The translations under genes were made by a program, and so were the position numbers. This document shows, in pieces, positions 29,200 through 39,491 of a DNA stretch of 64,000 nucleotides (within the stretch, counting starts at the first letter, position 1; each line of letters begins with the position of its first letter). Under the pieces are notes generated by a model. That model did not search any database. It was not told the origin of the DNA and worked only from the letters and a program-made list of their open reading frames with translations. Origin of the DNA: Patescibacteria group bacterium (GTDB lineage: Bacteria > Patescibacteriota > Minisyncoccia > Phycocordibacterales > Phycocordibacteraceae). The stretch is taken from assembly GCA_013815345.1 (NCBI GenBank), contig JACDGK010000004.1:10361-74360 (forward strand), written 5' to 3'.

Positions 29200-30375
29200 T
29201 TATAAACTAAGTGGGGTCGAGAATGGTGAGAAAGGATTCGGATCGTGACCGAGAAGTTTTTTTAAAAATCCTGAAAGAGACGTTCGTGCCGCACACACGT
29301 AATTATCAGCGGCGCCGTAGTAGACCGTTAAATTATCATCCTGTATCGTCGCCCCACAAGAATACACAACTCCTGGTTTTAGACCGCTTGTCTCATATAC
29401 GGCAGCAGGAGAAAGGATGGGAGCTGGTGAACGAGCGAGGACTTTCGTTGGATCATCGACGTCGAGAAGCATCGCCCCGAGCTGATATTCATGGCTATAT
29501 TTCTCTCTATCAGTTGCGTGGTATAAGACAAGCCATCCTTTTTCGGTTTTCATAGGAGCAGGACCTACACCGCGTATCCAGTTATCCCAGTGGCCACTTC
29601 GCCCGCGTGTACGAGGACCTTGCGGACTCTCGATGTACGATTCCGTTGAACCGATGGCATTTAAATCGTCGCGATAGGCAATCTCAACGGTTGGAGAAAC
29701 GCTGTGCAGTAACGCAAATTTTCCATTAATCTTTTCAGGAAAGAGTACCCAATTCTTATTCACTTGATTTTGAGGAGAAAGAAAGGCAAGCGGTGACCAG
29801 TTCCAGCGTTTCTGTTTGAGATCAGCAACCGCAAGGGACGTAACCCCAATGCGCACCGAATTCCAGTTTTCAAATGCGGAAAACGAAAGATACAGGTGAT
29901 CATCCATAATCATCGCGCGAGGATCTTCAGTACCTCCCCAGCTCCCACCGGAAGCCACGAGCCCCGGATAATTTTTCTCAGCGTGCGCGCGTCGCAGGGC
30001 GTCAAGATGTGGATCCGAACCTTCAAGTGCGAAGACAGGATAGGGAAGTCGTTCCTCGAGCTGTATGCCATCTTTAGAAGATGCATAGCCTATGCGCGAG
30101 ACGCCGTCACTTCCGATCGCCCGATAGAAAAGATGCGTGCGTTCGCCATCATGCGCGGCAGCAGCATTCATCACCGCCTGCTGTTCGAATTCATATTTGC
30201 CCGGATGCATAAGCGGGTTACCCGCATGACGTGTAAGAGTAAAAGGATTTTTCTTGAAATTTTCGAGAACTCGCGTACGGTTCTGGGCGCGTCCAAGCTG
30301 CCACGCCCCCCAGATAAAAAGGCCGCTTATGAAAAATGCGAGTATGATGAGAAGGTAAAGGACGACATAACTCAT
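29200..30375 (-). CDS. GH130 family protein with N-terminal TM
   Basis: TM residues 3-25; GTEDPR, KNWVLFPEKINGK, VVYSCG, YYGAADNY. Confidence 0.88.
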   Translation of the reverse strand: MSYVVLYLLIILAFFISGLFIWGAWQLGRAQNRTRVLENFKKNPFTLTRHAGNPLMHPGKYEFEQQAVMNAAAAHDGERTHLFYRAIGSDGVSRIGYASSKDGIQLEERLPYPVFALEGSDPHLDALRRAHAEKNYPGLVASGGSWGGTEDPRAMIMDDHLYLSFSAFENWNSVRIGVTSLAVADLKQKRWNWSPLAFLSPQNQVNKNWVLFPEKINGKFALLHSVSPTVEIAYRDDLNAIGSTESYIESPQGPRTRGRSGHWDNWIRGVGPAPMKTEKGWLVLYHATDREKYSHEYQLGAMLLDVDDPTKVLARSPAPILSPAAVYETSGLKPGVVYSCGATIQDDNLTVYYGAADNYVCAARTSLSGFLKKLLGHDPNPFSPFSTPLSL

Positions 30376-30393
30376 GGAAAAAATTATTCGAGT

Positions 30394-30747
30394 TTATTTT
30401 CGACCGAAATCGTCTTCGGTGCGGATAATGTCATTTTCATCAAAATTACCGAAAGCTATTTCGAGTACGGCGATGCCGTTGTTGCCGCCCGTTAAACGAT
30501 GCAGGGTGCCGACAGGGCTTTCAATCACGTCGCCGTAGGCGACGTGACGCTCTCTATCATTAGTCTGCACGATTCCATCACCCTCTATGACTTTCCACCA
30601 CTCTGAGCGCTGCTCATGTTTCTGAAGCGAGAAACGTTTCCCCGCATCCACCCGCAATATTTTTACGGTAGTCGGTTCGTTTAGCGTGAATTGCTCAAAA
30701 GAACCCCACGGACGATGTTCTTCGTGATGATTAGAAAGAAGGCTCAT
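30394..30747 (-). CDS. mannose-6-phosphate isomerase, cupin type
   Basis: HRPWGSF, FSLQKHEQRSEWW, HRL, DENDIIRTEDDFGR; start ATG 30747. Confidence 0.88.
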   Translation of the reverse strand: MSLLSNHHEEHRPWGSFEQFTLNEPTTVKILRVDAGKRFSLQKHEQRSEWWKVIEGDGIVQTNDRERHVAYGDVIESPVGTLHRLTGGNNGIAVLEIAFGNFDENDIIRTEDDFGRK

Positions 30748-30859
30748 ACTCTCTATAGAATACCGCGAGTTTCGGGATACTTCGTGTGGGTAGGGTGTAT
30801 AAAGCCATGTGGGTTTCAAGACGCTTTGACAGCGGCGTCTAAACTCATATAGTGCCTCT

Positions 30860-31069
30860 ATGGAACGAGTGGTGATCAATGTACTGAACGAGGTACGAAA
30901 TACTCATGGTATGACCCAAGAAGCGTTGGCTGAAAAGGTCGGCGTGTCTCGCCAGACCATCATTGCCATCGAGAAAGGGAAGTACACACCCTCCGTCTCG
31001 CTCGCCCTTCGACTCGCGCACGCCTTTAGTATGCGCGTCGAGGATCTCTTTTCGCTCAGTAAATCCTAA
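30860..31069 (+). CDS. XRE-family HTH transcriptional regulator
   Basis: MTQEALAEKVGVSRQTIIAIEKGKYTPS; TTGACA-16-TATAGT-6-ATG. Confidence 0.93.
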   Translation: MERVVINVLNEVRNTHGMTQEALAEKVGVSRQTIIAIEKGKYTPSVSLALRLAHAFSMRVEDLFSLSKS

Positions 31070-31076
31070 TCACTTT

Positions 31077-31433
31077 ATGAAAACGCTCGAACGTCTCGTC
31101 GCCATCGTGCTCATCATTCTTCTGATTCTCATCGGAAATCCTTTCACGTTTTGGATGCCGAGCATGCTGATCGCTACCGTACTGGTCGTGATTACGGCAC
31201 TAACGTTCGTGTGGGCCGGTTTTATCATCACCGAAAAAGCCCACGACGAACGGGAAGAATTGCATCGCACGAATGCCGGTCGTGCCGCATATCTTGGAGC
31301 AGCGGGCATGCTTACTATCGCATTGGTGTATCAAGGCCTCACCCACACAATCGATATTTGGATTCCTGCAACGCTCGCGCTCATGATCATCGCGAAACTC
31401 GCGTCTCGCTTTTTTGCCGATACCTACGAATAG
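31077..31433 (+). CDS. four-TM membrane protein paired with the XRE regulator
   Basis: TMs flanking DEREELHRTNAGRAAY. Confidence 0.8.
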   Translation: MKTLERLVAIVLIILLILIGNPFTFWMPSMLIATVLVVITALTFVWAGFIITEKAHDEREELHRTNAGRAAYLGAAGMLTIALVYQGLTHTIDIWIPATLALMIIAKLASRFFADTYE

Positions 31434-31463
31434 TCAGAATTCCTCCCCATTTGAGCGAATGTG

Positions 31464-31504
31464 TGTAAAGCATGCTTTACATTTGTGCGGGAGGTGAGTA
31501 TGCT
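31464..31504 (+). promoter_or_regulatory. palindromic operator overlapping the dipZ promoter
   Basis: TGTAAAGCATGCTTTACA perfect palindrome; TTTACA-17-TATGCT. Confidence 0.7.
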
Positions 31505-31530
31505 AGATATATACCAGTAGCCTTTATTCT

Positions 31531-33363
31531 ATGGCACTTTTTCTCATCGCACTTTTAGCAGGCGTTTTGACGGTTATTTCACCATGCGTACTTCCGCTGT
31601 TGCCGATTATCGTCGGCGGTTCGCTTGCCGGAGGAAGAAGCATACGACGTATTTTAACTGTAACCCTTTCTCTCGGTGCATCGGTATTTCTCTTTACGCT
31701 CCTTCTTAAGGTTTCGACTGCTTTCATAAACGTGCCGGCTGCGTTCTGGAGCATCTTCTCTGGAGGACTCATCATCATCATCGGTCTCATTCTGCTTTTC
31801 CCGCGTCTCTGGGACAAAGTACCGTTCGTCGCAAAGATGAATCTTCGTTCCAACAAAGCGATGTCTGCTGGATTCAAGAAGCAGACATTTCTCGGTGATG
31901 TTATCGTCGGCGCCTCTCTCGGTCCGGTATTTGCCTCATGCAGTCCTACGTTCTTTATCTTGCTTGCCACGGTGCTTCCGGTAAGTATTTCTGCGGGCAT
32001 TGCCGACATTCTTGCCTACATTGCCGGTCTCTGTTTTTCTCTCATCGTTGTATCGTTTGTCGGACAAACGATTATGGCAAAGCTTGGTATTGCCTCCGAT
32101 CCTAATGGATGGTTTAAGCGCGGTATCGGCATTCTCTTTATTGTCGTAGGTATCGCTATCATCACTGGCTTCGATAAAATACTCGAGCAACCCCTCTACT
32201 CTGTATTCGATGAAACAAAAATCGAGACGAAGCTTTTGCAGAAACAAGTAGCACCGGGCACGTCTATTACAAATCCGCTGGTACCCGATACCAACGGGCA
32301 ATCTACCACTACTTCTACTGCCATGCACGAAGGAACTTCTACTGCAGCCACCGGCGCAGTCACTCCTGCCACCGCACAAACGCTTGCTCGAAAAGCATCG
32401 ATGTATCACAAAGCTCCGGAACTCGTTCAGCCAGATGCATATCTCAACACTGGAGGTCAGCCGATCAGCCTCGCACAATATCGTGGAAAAGACGTCGTGC
32501 TCGTGGACTTCTGGACGTATAGTTGTATCAATTGTCTTCGAACGCTTCCATATCTCACCTCGTGGTATGCGAAATATAAAGACCAAGGCTTCGTGATCAT
32601 CGGTGTGCACACCCCAGAATTCGCGTTTGAACATGTACAAAGCAATGTTGCAGCGGCGCTGGTAAAGCTTGGCGTTACATATCCTGTGGTGCTTGATAAC
32701 GAATATAAGACCTGGAACGCCTACGGAAATCAATTCTGGCCGCATGAATATGTGATTGATATCGATGGATACATCACACACGATCATATCGGTGAAGGGG
32801 AATACGATGTAACGGAAAAAGCGATACAGGCAGCGCTCGCCGAGCGAGCCTCGCGTCTCGGTACCAGCGCCTCCGCTATACCGACATCCCTTACGACTGT
32901 TGCGGACCCGAATCTTTCCGCGGTGCAGAGTCCTGAAACTTATTTCGGTTACAATCGAAACCAAAATCTTGCAAACGGCACGCCGTCGAAAGCAGGAACC
33001 AGTACGTTCACACTCCCATCAGGCGCTATTGCTCCCAACAAACTGTATCTTGGTGGCTCATGGAATATTGAGGCAGAATCTGCAGTTACGAATGCGAGCG
33101 GCACTAGCATTGAATATTCTTACACCGCACATGATGTCGATTTCGTCGCGAGCGCGAGTACGCCCGTTACTGTTGAAGTATTTCGTGATGGCGTACCAGT
33201 AGGGAATTTCGCTGGTGCGGATGTTGATCCAAAAACCTCGACTGCAACGATCAATGCAAACCGTCTCTACACGCTTGTTCACGATACGTCGCCAGGGCAG
33301 CACACGATATTGATCAAGATTATGGGTGCCGGCCTGCATGCGTACACGTTTACGTTCGGCTAG
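31531..33363 (+). CDS. dipZ: cytochrome c biogenesis protein DipZ (CcdA + thioredoxin + C-terminal domain)
   Basis: SPCVLPLLP, FWTYSCINC, GVHTPEFAFE, SPETYFG, AYTFTFG. Confidence 0.9.
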   Translation: MALFLIALLAGVLTVISPCVLPLLPIIVGGSLAGGRSIRRILTVTLSLGASVFLFTLLLKVSTAFINVPAAFWSIFSGGLIIIIGLILLFPRLWDKVPFVAKMNLRSNKAMSAGFKKQTFLGDVIVGASLGPVFASCSPTFFILLATVLPVSISAGIADILAYIAGLCFSLIVVSFVGQTIMAKLGIASDPNGWFKRGIGILFIVVGIAIITGFDKILEQPLYSVFDETKIETKLLQKQVAPGTSITNPLVPDTNGQSTTTSTAMHEGTSTAATGAVTPATAQTLARKASMYHKAPELVQPDAYLNTGGQPISLAQYRGKDVVLVDFWTYSCINCLRTLPYLTSWYAKYKDQGFVIIGVHTPEFAFEHVQSNVAAALVKLGVTYPVVLDNEYKTWNAYGNQFWPHEYVIDIDGYITHDHIGEGEYDVTEKAIQAALAERASRLGTSASAIPTSLTTVADPNLSAVQSPETYFGYNRNQNLANGTPSKAGTSTFTLPSGAIAPNKLYLGGSWNIEAESAVTNASGTSIEYSYTAHDVDFVASASTPVTVEVFRDGVPVGNFAGADVDPKTSTATINANRLYTLVHDTSPGQHTILIKIMGAGLHAYTFTFG

Positions 33364-33420
33364 AAAGAATTATCCTCACAGTTCCAAAGCTTCGGTCTTT
33401 AGGGTACAGTAGTGAGTATT

Positions 33421-34356
33421 ATGAGTGACGGCACAAAGCCTGCGGCGATCAAGATCGTCGATCTTAAAAAGGTATATGGTACTGGCGTGGAAGCCCTAAA
33501 AGGTGTTTCCCTGACTATTGCCGAGGGAGAATTCTTTGCGCTTCTCGGCCCCAATGGTGCAGGTAAATCGACACTTATCAGTGTTTTGGCAGGCTTGGCT
33601 ATCAAGACAAGCGGTACGGTCGAGGTGTGTGGGGTTTCCATTGATGAAAATATCGATAAAGCGAAAAGCTTCATCGGTATCGTGCCGCAAGAGTTCAATT
33701 TCAACTGGTTTGAAACGGTTATTGACATCATCATTAACCAAGCTGGATACTATGGTATTCCGCGGCATGTAGCTATGCCACGGGCAAACGAACTCATCGA
33801 AAACCTCGGCCTTGCCGATAAACGCGATACGCAAGCCATGAAGCTTTCCGGTGGTATGAAGCGGCGGCTTATGATCGCTCGTTCGCTCATACATGAGCCG
33901 CGCGTGCTGCTGCTCGATGAACCCACAGCGGGGGTCGATGTGGAGCTTCGCCGTGGCATGCATGATTTCTTACGCGAGCTCAATGCTGCCGGTACGACCA
34001 TCATACTCACAACTCACTATCTGGAAGAAGCAGAGCAGCTCAGTCGGGAGGTTGCCATCATTAACAACGGCAGCATCATCAAGCAAGGAAGCGTGAAGTC
34101 ACTCCTTGCCAATATGAATTCAGTGACCCTGCTTCTGGATACCGTTGCACCGATCAGCACTGCCGAGCTACAGCTTGCCCGTGCGCTTCCTATTACCCGC
34201 ATCGACGATACAACCCTTCAGCTCAAGCTTGCTCCAGGCGAAACTGTCAATGATTACATCAGAAAACTTTCGACGATTGGAGTGCAGATTTCAAATATAC
34301 GGAACAATGGCAGTCGTTTGGAAGAAGTCTTTATCGATTTAATACAGAAGGATTAA
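33421..34356 (+). CDS. ABC-2 transporter ATP-binding protein (YadG-like)
   Basis: GPNGAGKS, LSGGMKRR, LLLDEPTAGVD. Confidence 0.95.
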   Translation: MSDGTKPAAIKIVDLKKVYGTGVEALKGVSLTIAEGEFFALLGPNGAGKSTLISVLAGLAIKTSGTVEVCGVSIDENIDKAKSFIGIVPQEFNFNWFETVIDIIINQAGYYGIPRHVAMPRANELIENLGLADKRDTQAMKLSGGMKRRLMIARSLIHEPRVLLLDEPTAGVDVELRRGMHDFLRELNAAGTTIILTTHYLEEAEQLSREVAIINNGSIIKQGSVKSLLANMNSVTLLLDTVAPISTAELQLARALPITRIDDTTLQLKLAPGETVNDYIRKLSTIGVQISNIRNNGSRLEEVFIDLIQKD

Positions 34357-34369
34357 CCACATTTTACTT

Positions 34370-35173
34370 ATGGCACTCCAAACGACCAAAACTATGAGCG
34401 AAGAACGCGCGCCAATACTTGTCGGTTTTCTCACCATGCTGCGCAAGGAAGTGACCCGTGTCTTCCGCATATGGTCACAGACGCTTCTGCCGCCCGTGGT
34501 GACAACGTCGCTTTATTTCGCTATCTTCGGCGCTTTTATCGGTTCGCAGATCGCAAAGATAGACGGCTTCTCCTACATCCAATTTATCGTGCCCGGCCTC
34601 GTGATGATGGCTGTTATTACGAGTGCGTATTCGAATACCGTCTCGACCTTTTTCGGTGCAAAGATGCAGCGAAATCTCGAAGAGCTGCTTGTGTCGCCGA
34701 TGCCGGATTGGGTAGTTATCGCCGGCTTTGTGAGTGGGGGAGTTGTGCGTGCACTCTTGGTAGCAATCCTCGTACTCATCGTTTCGCTTTTCTTCACGCA
34801 TCTCATTATATTTAACCTTTTCATCATTTTTGCTGCTGCGTTCCTGACCTCGCTCCTTTTTTCGCTTGCCGGTCTCGTAAACGGCATTTTTGCAAAATCG
34901 TTTGACGGCATTAGTATTGTGCCTACCTTCGTACTTGTGCCGCTTACGTACTTGGGCGGGGTATTCTACTCGATTAATCGTTTACCGCCTTTCTTTCGGT
35001 TCCTTTCGCTTGGAAATCCTATTCTCTACATGGTGAATGCGTTTCGGTATGGTTTTCTCGGCATTAGCGATGTTTCGGTCACTGTAAGTTTTGAAGTCAT
35101 GATTTTCGTAACGCTTGCACTGCTTATTATTACGCTGTGGCTTTTCAAACGCGGAAGCGGCCTCAAAAATTAA
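34370..35173 (+). CDS. ABC-2 transporter permease (YadH-like)
   Basis: RIWSQTLLPP, FIVPGLVMM, PLTYLGGVFYS, NPILYMVNAFRYG. Confidence 0.93.
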   Translation: MALQTTKTMSEERAPILVGFLTMLRKEVTRVFRIWSQTLLPPVVTTSLYFAIFGAFIGSQIAKIDGFSYIQFIVPGLVMMAVITSAYSNTVSTFFGAKMQRNLEELLVSPMPDWVVIAGFVSGGVVRALLVAILVLIVSLFFTHLIIFNLFIIFAAAFLTSLLFSLAGLVNGIFAKSFDGISIVPTFVLVPLTYLGGVFYSINRLPPFFRFLSLGNPILYMVNAFRYGFLGISDVSVTVSFEVMIFVTLALLIITLWLFKRGSGLKN

Positions 35174-35213
35174 TACCAAATAAAAATTTTCCTGTAGGAT
35201 GATAGGAGTACTT

Positions 35214-35825
35214 ATGCAGCACTTCACCGCAATCAAGCTGTTTCTTCTTATTTCGCAGTATGGCTATATCCTGCTTTTTCCGATCGGCGTCATTGAAGGA
35301 CCGGTTGCGGCGATTGTCTCGGGAGCACTGGTCGCGTCCGAAGTATTAAATGCCTATACGGTCTTTGTCATACTTGTCGCTGCGGATATTACCGGCGATG
35401 TATTATATTACTCGCTCGGGCGATGGGGACATGTGCGATTCTTGGAAAGACTGAGCAGTCGCCTTGGCCTTACCGAATCTCGTATGAAGCCTCTTCAGTC
35501 AGAATTTCACAAGAACGATTGGAAACTGATTTTGGTTGGAAAAACCCAGGGACTGGGGGCGATTATATTGTATTTCGCGGGTGTAACGCACATGCGGATC
35601 GAACGATTTCTTTTTTGGAACTTTATCGGCACGCTTCCAAAAGTCGGTATTTTCATGGCGGTCGGCTATCTTTTTGGGGAAACGCTCATTCGATCCCAAA
35701 AATATTTGGATTACTTCACCTTCTTTATCTTCGGCATGGGGCTCCTGCTTCTTTTGGGCTATTGGCTTTTCAAGCGGTATATGGAAAGTAAAGTAGGAGA
35801 CGATACCTCAGAAGAATCAGAATAA
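35214..35825 (+). CDS. DedA family membrane protein
   Basis: IEGPVAAI, GDVLYYSLGR, AGVTHM..FLFWN. Confidence 0.85.
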   Translation: MQHFTAIKLFLLISQYGYILLFPIGVIEGPVAAIVSGALVASEVLNAYTVFVILVAADITGDVLYYSLGRWGHVRFLERLSSRLGLTESRMKPLQSEFHKNDWKLILVGKTQGLGAIILYFAGVTHMRIERFLFWNFIGTLPKVGIFMAVGYLFGETLIRSQKYLDYFTFFIFGMGLLLLLGYWLFKRYMESKVGDDTSEESE

Positions 35826-35832
35826 TAAATAA

Positions 35833-36555
35833 CTATTCGACGCTAACAACCGAAGGCGAGCGCGCAAATGACTTTGACGGCACTTTTCGCCGAAGAAGCG
35901 TCAGATTCTGAGACACTACACCCCATACCGATAACACCTCGCAGGCATCTCGAATCATTTTCCATTCCTCTGCGAAACCTTTCGGCAAGCCGACTTTTTC
36001 AAATTTTCGAATGTTATATACATTCTGCCAGCGCACCACGGCGATACTCATCTTTTGTTCCACAATATGCTGATTCATGAACACTTCGCCACCCCAGCGC
36101 GGAAGCTGTTGCATAGTCTCTACTGCTTCGAAAAGAAGTGCACGCGGGAGCACGCGTTCTCCCGATACAAAATCAAGCCCGATGAGTCGGTATATCCACA
36201 AACTATTTCTTCGCAAACTTATGCTTACGTCAGCAATACCTTCACGGACGGGAAGAATAAGCGAAGAAATGTTTGCCGTAGTTAAGCCGGAAAGATCGGC
36301 ATCTATGAGCATAATAAGGTCTCCGCTCGCGGCTGCAATGCCTTGACTCAATGCAAATGTTTTTCCTTTATTCGTGGGATAGGAAATCACGGTAATGCCT
36401 TTCTGCGCGCGCAACACTTTCTCTGTGTCATCGGTTGATCCGTCATTTACCACGATTATCTCCATGAGATCAGGATTGTGAACGACGGCATCAAGTATGT
36501 TTTGAATGCGGGGAGCTTCGTTGTATGCGCATATAACGCAGGAAATTCGTATCAT
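35833..36555 (-). CDS. GT2 glycosyltransferase
   Basis: VICAYNE, VVNDGSTD, NKGK, IDADL, SGER. Confidence 0.9.
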   Translation of the reverse strand: MIRISCVICAYNEAPRIQNILDAVVHNPDLMEIIVVNDGSTDDTEKVLRAQKGITVISYPTNKGKTFALSQGIAAASGDLIMLIDADLSGLTTANISSLILPVREGIADVSISLRRNSLWIYRLIGLDFVSGERVLPRALLFEAVETMQQLPRWGGEVFMNQHIVEQKMSIAVVRWQNVYNIRKFEKVGLPKGFAEEWKMIRDACEVLSVWGVVSQNLTLLRRKVPSKSFARSPSVVSVE

Positions 36556-36661
36556 GAAGAAGGAGGCTCTGTACGGTCAGAGTAGCAGTATCACTGTCAC
36601 CTGCCTAGTCGCTTGGCGACCTCTTTTTGGGAAAGACTATCTTCTGTGGTATTTTTTGAGA

Positions 36662-37519
36662 ATGTTCACGTACGTTCAGGCGATACTGCTCGGTCTTCTT
36701 CAGGGAGTAACTGAGCTTTTTCCTGTTTCGAGCTTAGGTCACAGTGTACTTCTCCCGGCGCTGCTGCACTGGCCGCTCGACGAACATGCTCCATTCTTTC
36801 TCATCTTCCTTATAGCTACTCATTTTGCCACTGCACTGGTACTTCTCGGGTTCTTTTTCAAAGATTGGTTGCGCATCATACAGGGTTTTTTTTGTTCGCT
36901 CATACAGCGGCGCATCGCAGAAGATGATGTGTACGCACGACTTGCGTGGCTTATTATCATCGCTACAATTCCGGCCGGAATCATCGGCATTCTCTTTCAG
37001 GAGAGCATACAGAATTTGTTCGCAACGCCTCTTTTTGTTGCGTACATACTGATTTTGAACGGCGTGCTTCTGTATAGCATTGAGATTTTGAAAAAACATC
37101 GACAGCGATTACATAACACTCTTGCGGCAGGCGATCTTGCGATCTCACGAATGCCCTGGCTCGCGGCATTCGGAACCGGTATTGCACAGGCACTTGCTCT
37201 TCTTCCTGGATTTTCTCGCACGGGTGCTGCACTCGGCGGCGGTCTGCTCGCCGGTCTTGATCACGAAAGCGCTGCGCGCTTCTCATTTCTTTTAGCCACA
37301 CCGATCATACTTGCGGCTGCGGTATTGAAATTACCCGAACTCTTCACTACGAAGGGCTATCCCGTCGGAGAAATCGCTGTAGGTGCATTGGCTGCCGGCA
37401 TTGCGGCATTCATCTCGATCTCTTTTCTCACGCGTTATTTTAAGACGAATACCCTTCGGCCATTTGCGTTGTACTGTGTTCTCGCAGGAATTCTTTCTAT
37501 CGTGCTTCTTACACGGTGA
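36662..37519 (+). CDS. uppP: undecaprenyl-diphosphate phosphatase
   Basis: QGVTELFPVSSLGH, PGFSRTG, AARFSFLL; start ATG 36662. Confidence 0.93.
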   Translation: MFTYVQAILLGLLQGVTELFPVSSLGHSVLLPALLHWPLDEHAPFFLIFLIATHFATALVLLGFFFKDWLRIIQGFFCSLIQRRIAEDDVYARLAWLIIIATIPAGIIGILFQESIQNLFATPLFVAYILILNGVLLYSIEILKKHRQRLHNTLAAGDLAISRMPWLAAFGTGIAQALALLPGFSRTGAALGGGLLAGLDHESAARFSFLLATPIILAAAVLKLPELFTTKGYPVGEIAVGALAAGIAAFISISFLTRYFKTNTLRPFALYCVLAGILSIVLLTR

Positions 37520-37540
37520 GAGAACAGTAGAAGATAGTAG

Positions 37541-38692
37541 CTACGAGAAATCAACCGAAACTTCGTGCATGCCTTCATTATCCTCGGGTTCCGAAGAAAG
37601 GGTCTCAGGATTTTCTGACTCAGGAGCAGGAGGGAAGGAGATCGCGACGGTCGTACCTTGTCCAACTGCGCTTTTAATACTGAGGCTGCCCTGATGCACG
37701 CGAACTAATTCATTTACGATCGCAAGGCCAAGACCGCTCGTACCGGTTCCAATACCGCGCGCGCGCGAAGTATCTCCACGATAAAAAGGCTCGAACACGT
37801 GATAGAGATCTTTCTGCGCAATACCAATACCCGTATCTATGATCACGAGCACTACTCGATGACGATAGTCGCTTTCAATATTTATTTGTATTTTTTCTCC
37901 TTTATCCTGCGGGGTATAGTTAATGGCATTCTTCAGAAGATTGGTCATAATTTGTTCGAGAGCGGTTGGATTGCCCAAGATTTTTCGTTTGTTGCCCATC
38001 GACATGGAGAGAATAATGCCACGAGACGCCGCAAGCGTTTGATGCCGTGCTACTACGGTCTCTACTATTTTTCCTAAGTCTAGTGGTTCCTTTTTGGCGC
38101 GGCCCGGTTGCATCAGTGTATCGAAGGAAAGGAGATTATTGATCGTTTCTGAAATACGATCGAGTTCAACGATAGTATCTTCGAGAGATTCTCTCATAGG
38201 TACGCTTAGTGCTGGATCCATGAGGGACACTTCGGTGGTCGTCTTGATGATGGCGAGCGGAGTGCGTATCTCATGCGCGACATTGCCGATAAAACGTTTT
38301 TGCAGTAATAAAGACTCTTTGGTCGGTGAAAGAGAGAATCGTATCAAAAGATACCCGAACATTATAATGAGGCCGATGAGACCTAGGAATACATAGAGTA
38401 AGGTGCGCGCGCGAACCGTTTCGATGGCTTGCGGCAACGTTTTTATCGGCGTCGTCGAACCAACGCTTTGCGCTTGCTGAATATGATAGCGAATAGATCC
38501 AACAGTATTGTTTTGTGTATATTGAATAGCCCAGCCTGATATCGCGATCAGAAGTACGGCAAGAATAAAAAGGATGACGATAATATTAACCGTCGTCTGA
38601 ACAAAAGGGTTGAAACGATATCTATCCGTTAAGGCGGTAACCCACGCCCCGAATTGTTTCAAAGAGTGGTTCGACGTCATCATAGTCATCAA
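37541..38692 (-). CDS. sensor histidine kinase
   Basis: 2 TMs, HEIRTPL, NLLKNAINY, DTGIGI, GLGLAIV; overlaps the regulator 3' end. Confidence 0.92.
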   Translation of the reverse strand: MMTMMTSNHSLKQFGAWVTALTDRYRFNPFVQTTVNIIVILFILAVLLIAISGWAIQYTQNNTVGSIRYHIQQAQSVGSTTPIKTLPQAIETVRARTLLYVFLGLIGLIIMFGYLLIRFSLSPTKESLLLQKRFIGNVAHEIRTPLAIIKTTTEVSLMDPALSVPMRESLEDTIVELDRISETINNLLSFDTLMQPGRAKKEPLDLGKIVETVVARHQTLAASRGIILSMSMGNKRKILGNPTALEQIMTNLLKNAINYTPQDKGEKIQINIESDYRHRVVLVIIDTGIGIAQKDLYHVFEPFYRGDTSRARGIGTGTSGLGLAIVNELVRVHQGSLSIKSAVGQGTTVAISFPPAPESENPETLSSEPEDNEGMHEVSVDFS

Positions 38693-39299
38693 GTTTTTTA
38701 CGAAGATTTTTCATGTGAACATCAAGCACATTGCTGAAACCAGGGAAGTCGAAACTCCACACGTGATCCAGTATAGCTTCCCGTGGCATCGCTTCATTTG
38801 GATGACGCATAAAGAGTTCAACGAGCGAGAACTCTTTGAGGGTCAAAGGAATCGATTTTCCCGCTTTCTCCACTGTATGCTTGCCAGAGTCAAGCTCGAT
38901 ATCTCGGATCGCGAGGATACCAGGCAATGTTTCGGCAGGGCGTCGCAAGACTGCCTGGATACGGGCGATAAGTTCATCGAAAGAGAACGGTTTTGTCACG
39001 TAGTCATCCGCCCCGCTATTCAAAAGATCGATCTTATACTCCATCTCATCCCGAGCCGTGAGCATGATAATTGGAGTCATGACGCCGGCTTCTCGCACAT
39101 CGCGGCATATCGTATCGCCACCCACATCGGGAAGCATGAGGTCCAGGAGTATGAGGTCATACTCGTCTTTGTACAGCATGATGCGGGTGCGGGCTTTGTC
39201 GCCATCCGCAAGCCAGTCCACGGTGAAGCCTTTCAGCTCGAGCCCGCGTTTCAAAGCCTCTGCGAGCTTCGTTTCATCTTCAACAACAAGGATACGCAT
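38622..39299 (-). CDS. OmpR/PhoB-family response regulator
   Basis: ILVVEDE, LDLMLP, MLTARD, GADDYVTKPF, TIRGVGY. Confidence 0.95.
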   Translation of the reverse strand: MRILVVEDETKLAEALKRGLELKGFTVDWLADGDKARTRIMLYKDEYDLILLDLMLPDVGGDTICRDVREAGVMTPIIMLTARDEMEYKIDLLNSGADDYVTKPFSFDELIARIQAVLRRPAETLPGILAIRDIELDSGKHTVEKAGKSIPLTLKEFSLVELFMRHPNEAMPREAILDHVWSFDFPGFSNVLDVHMKNLRKKLDDYDDVEPLFETIRGVGYRLNG

Positions 39300-39491
39300 A
39301 GGAGAGAAAGCAGAATAATTAATAACGTAAGGTTTTTCTTATTACGAGAAGCTTATCCTTACTTATTTCATAATAAAACAATTACATGAATACTTCATGA
39401 AGTATATTCCAACAATACCAAAGCTACCGTTCCCGGCATCTTTGGTATTTCCCTATCTCTTTTTAAGATATGAATGTTGCTTTTTTTCTAA

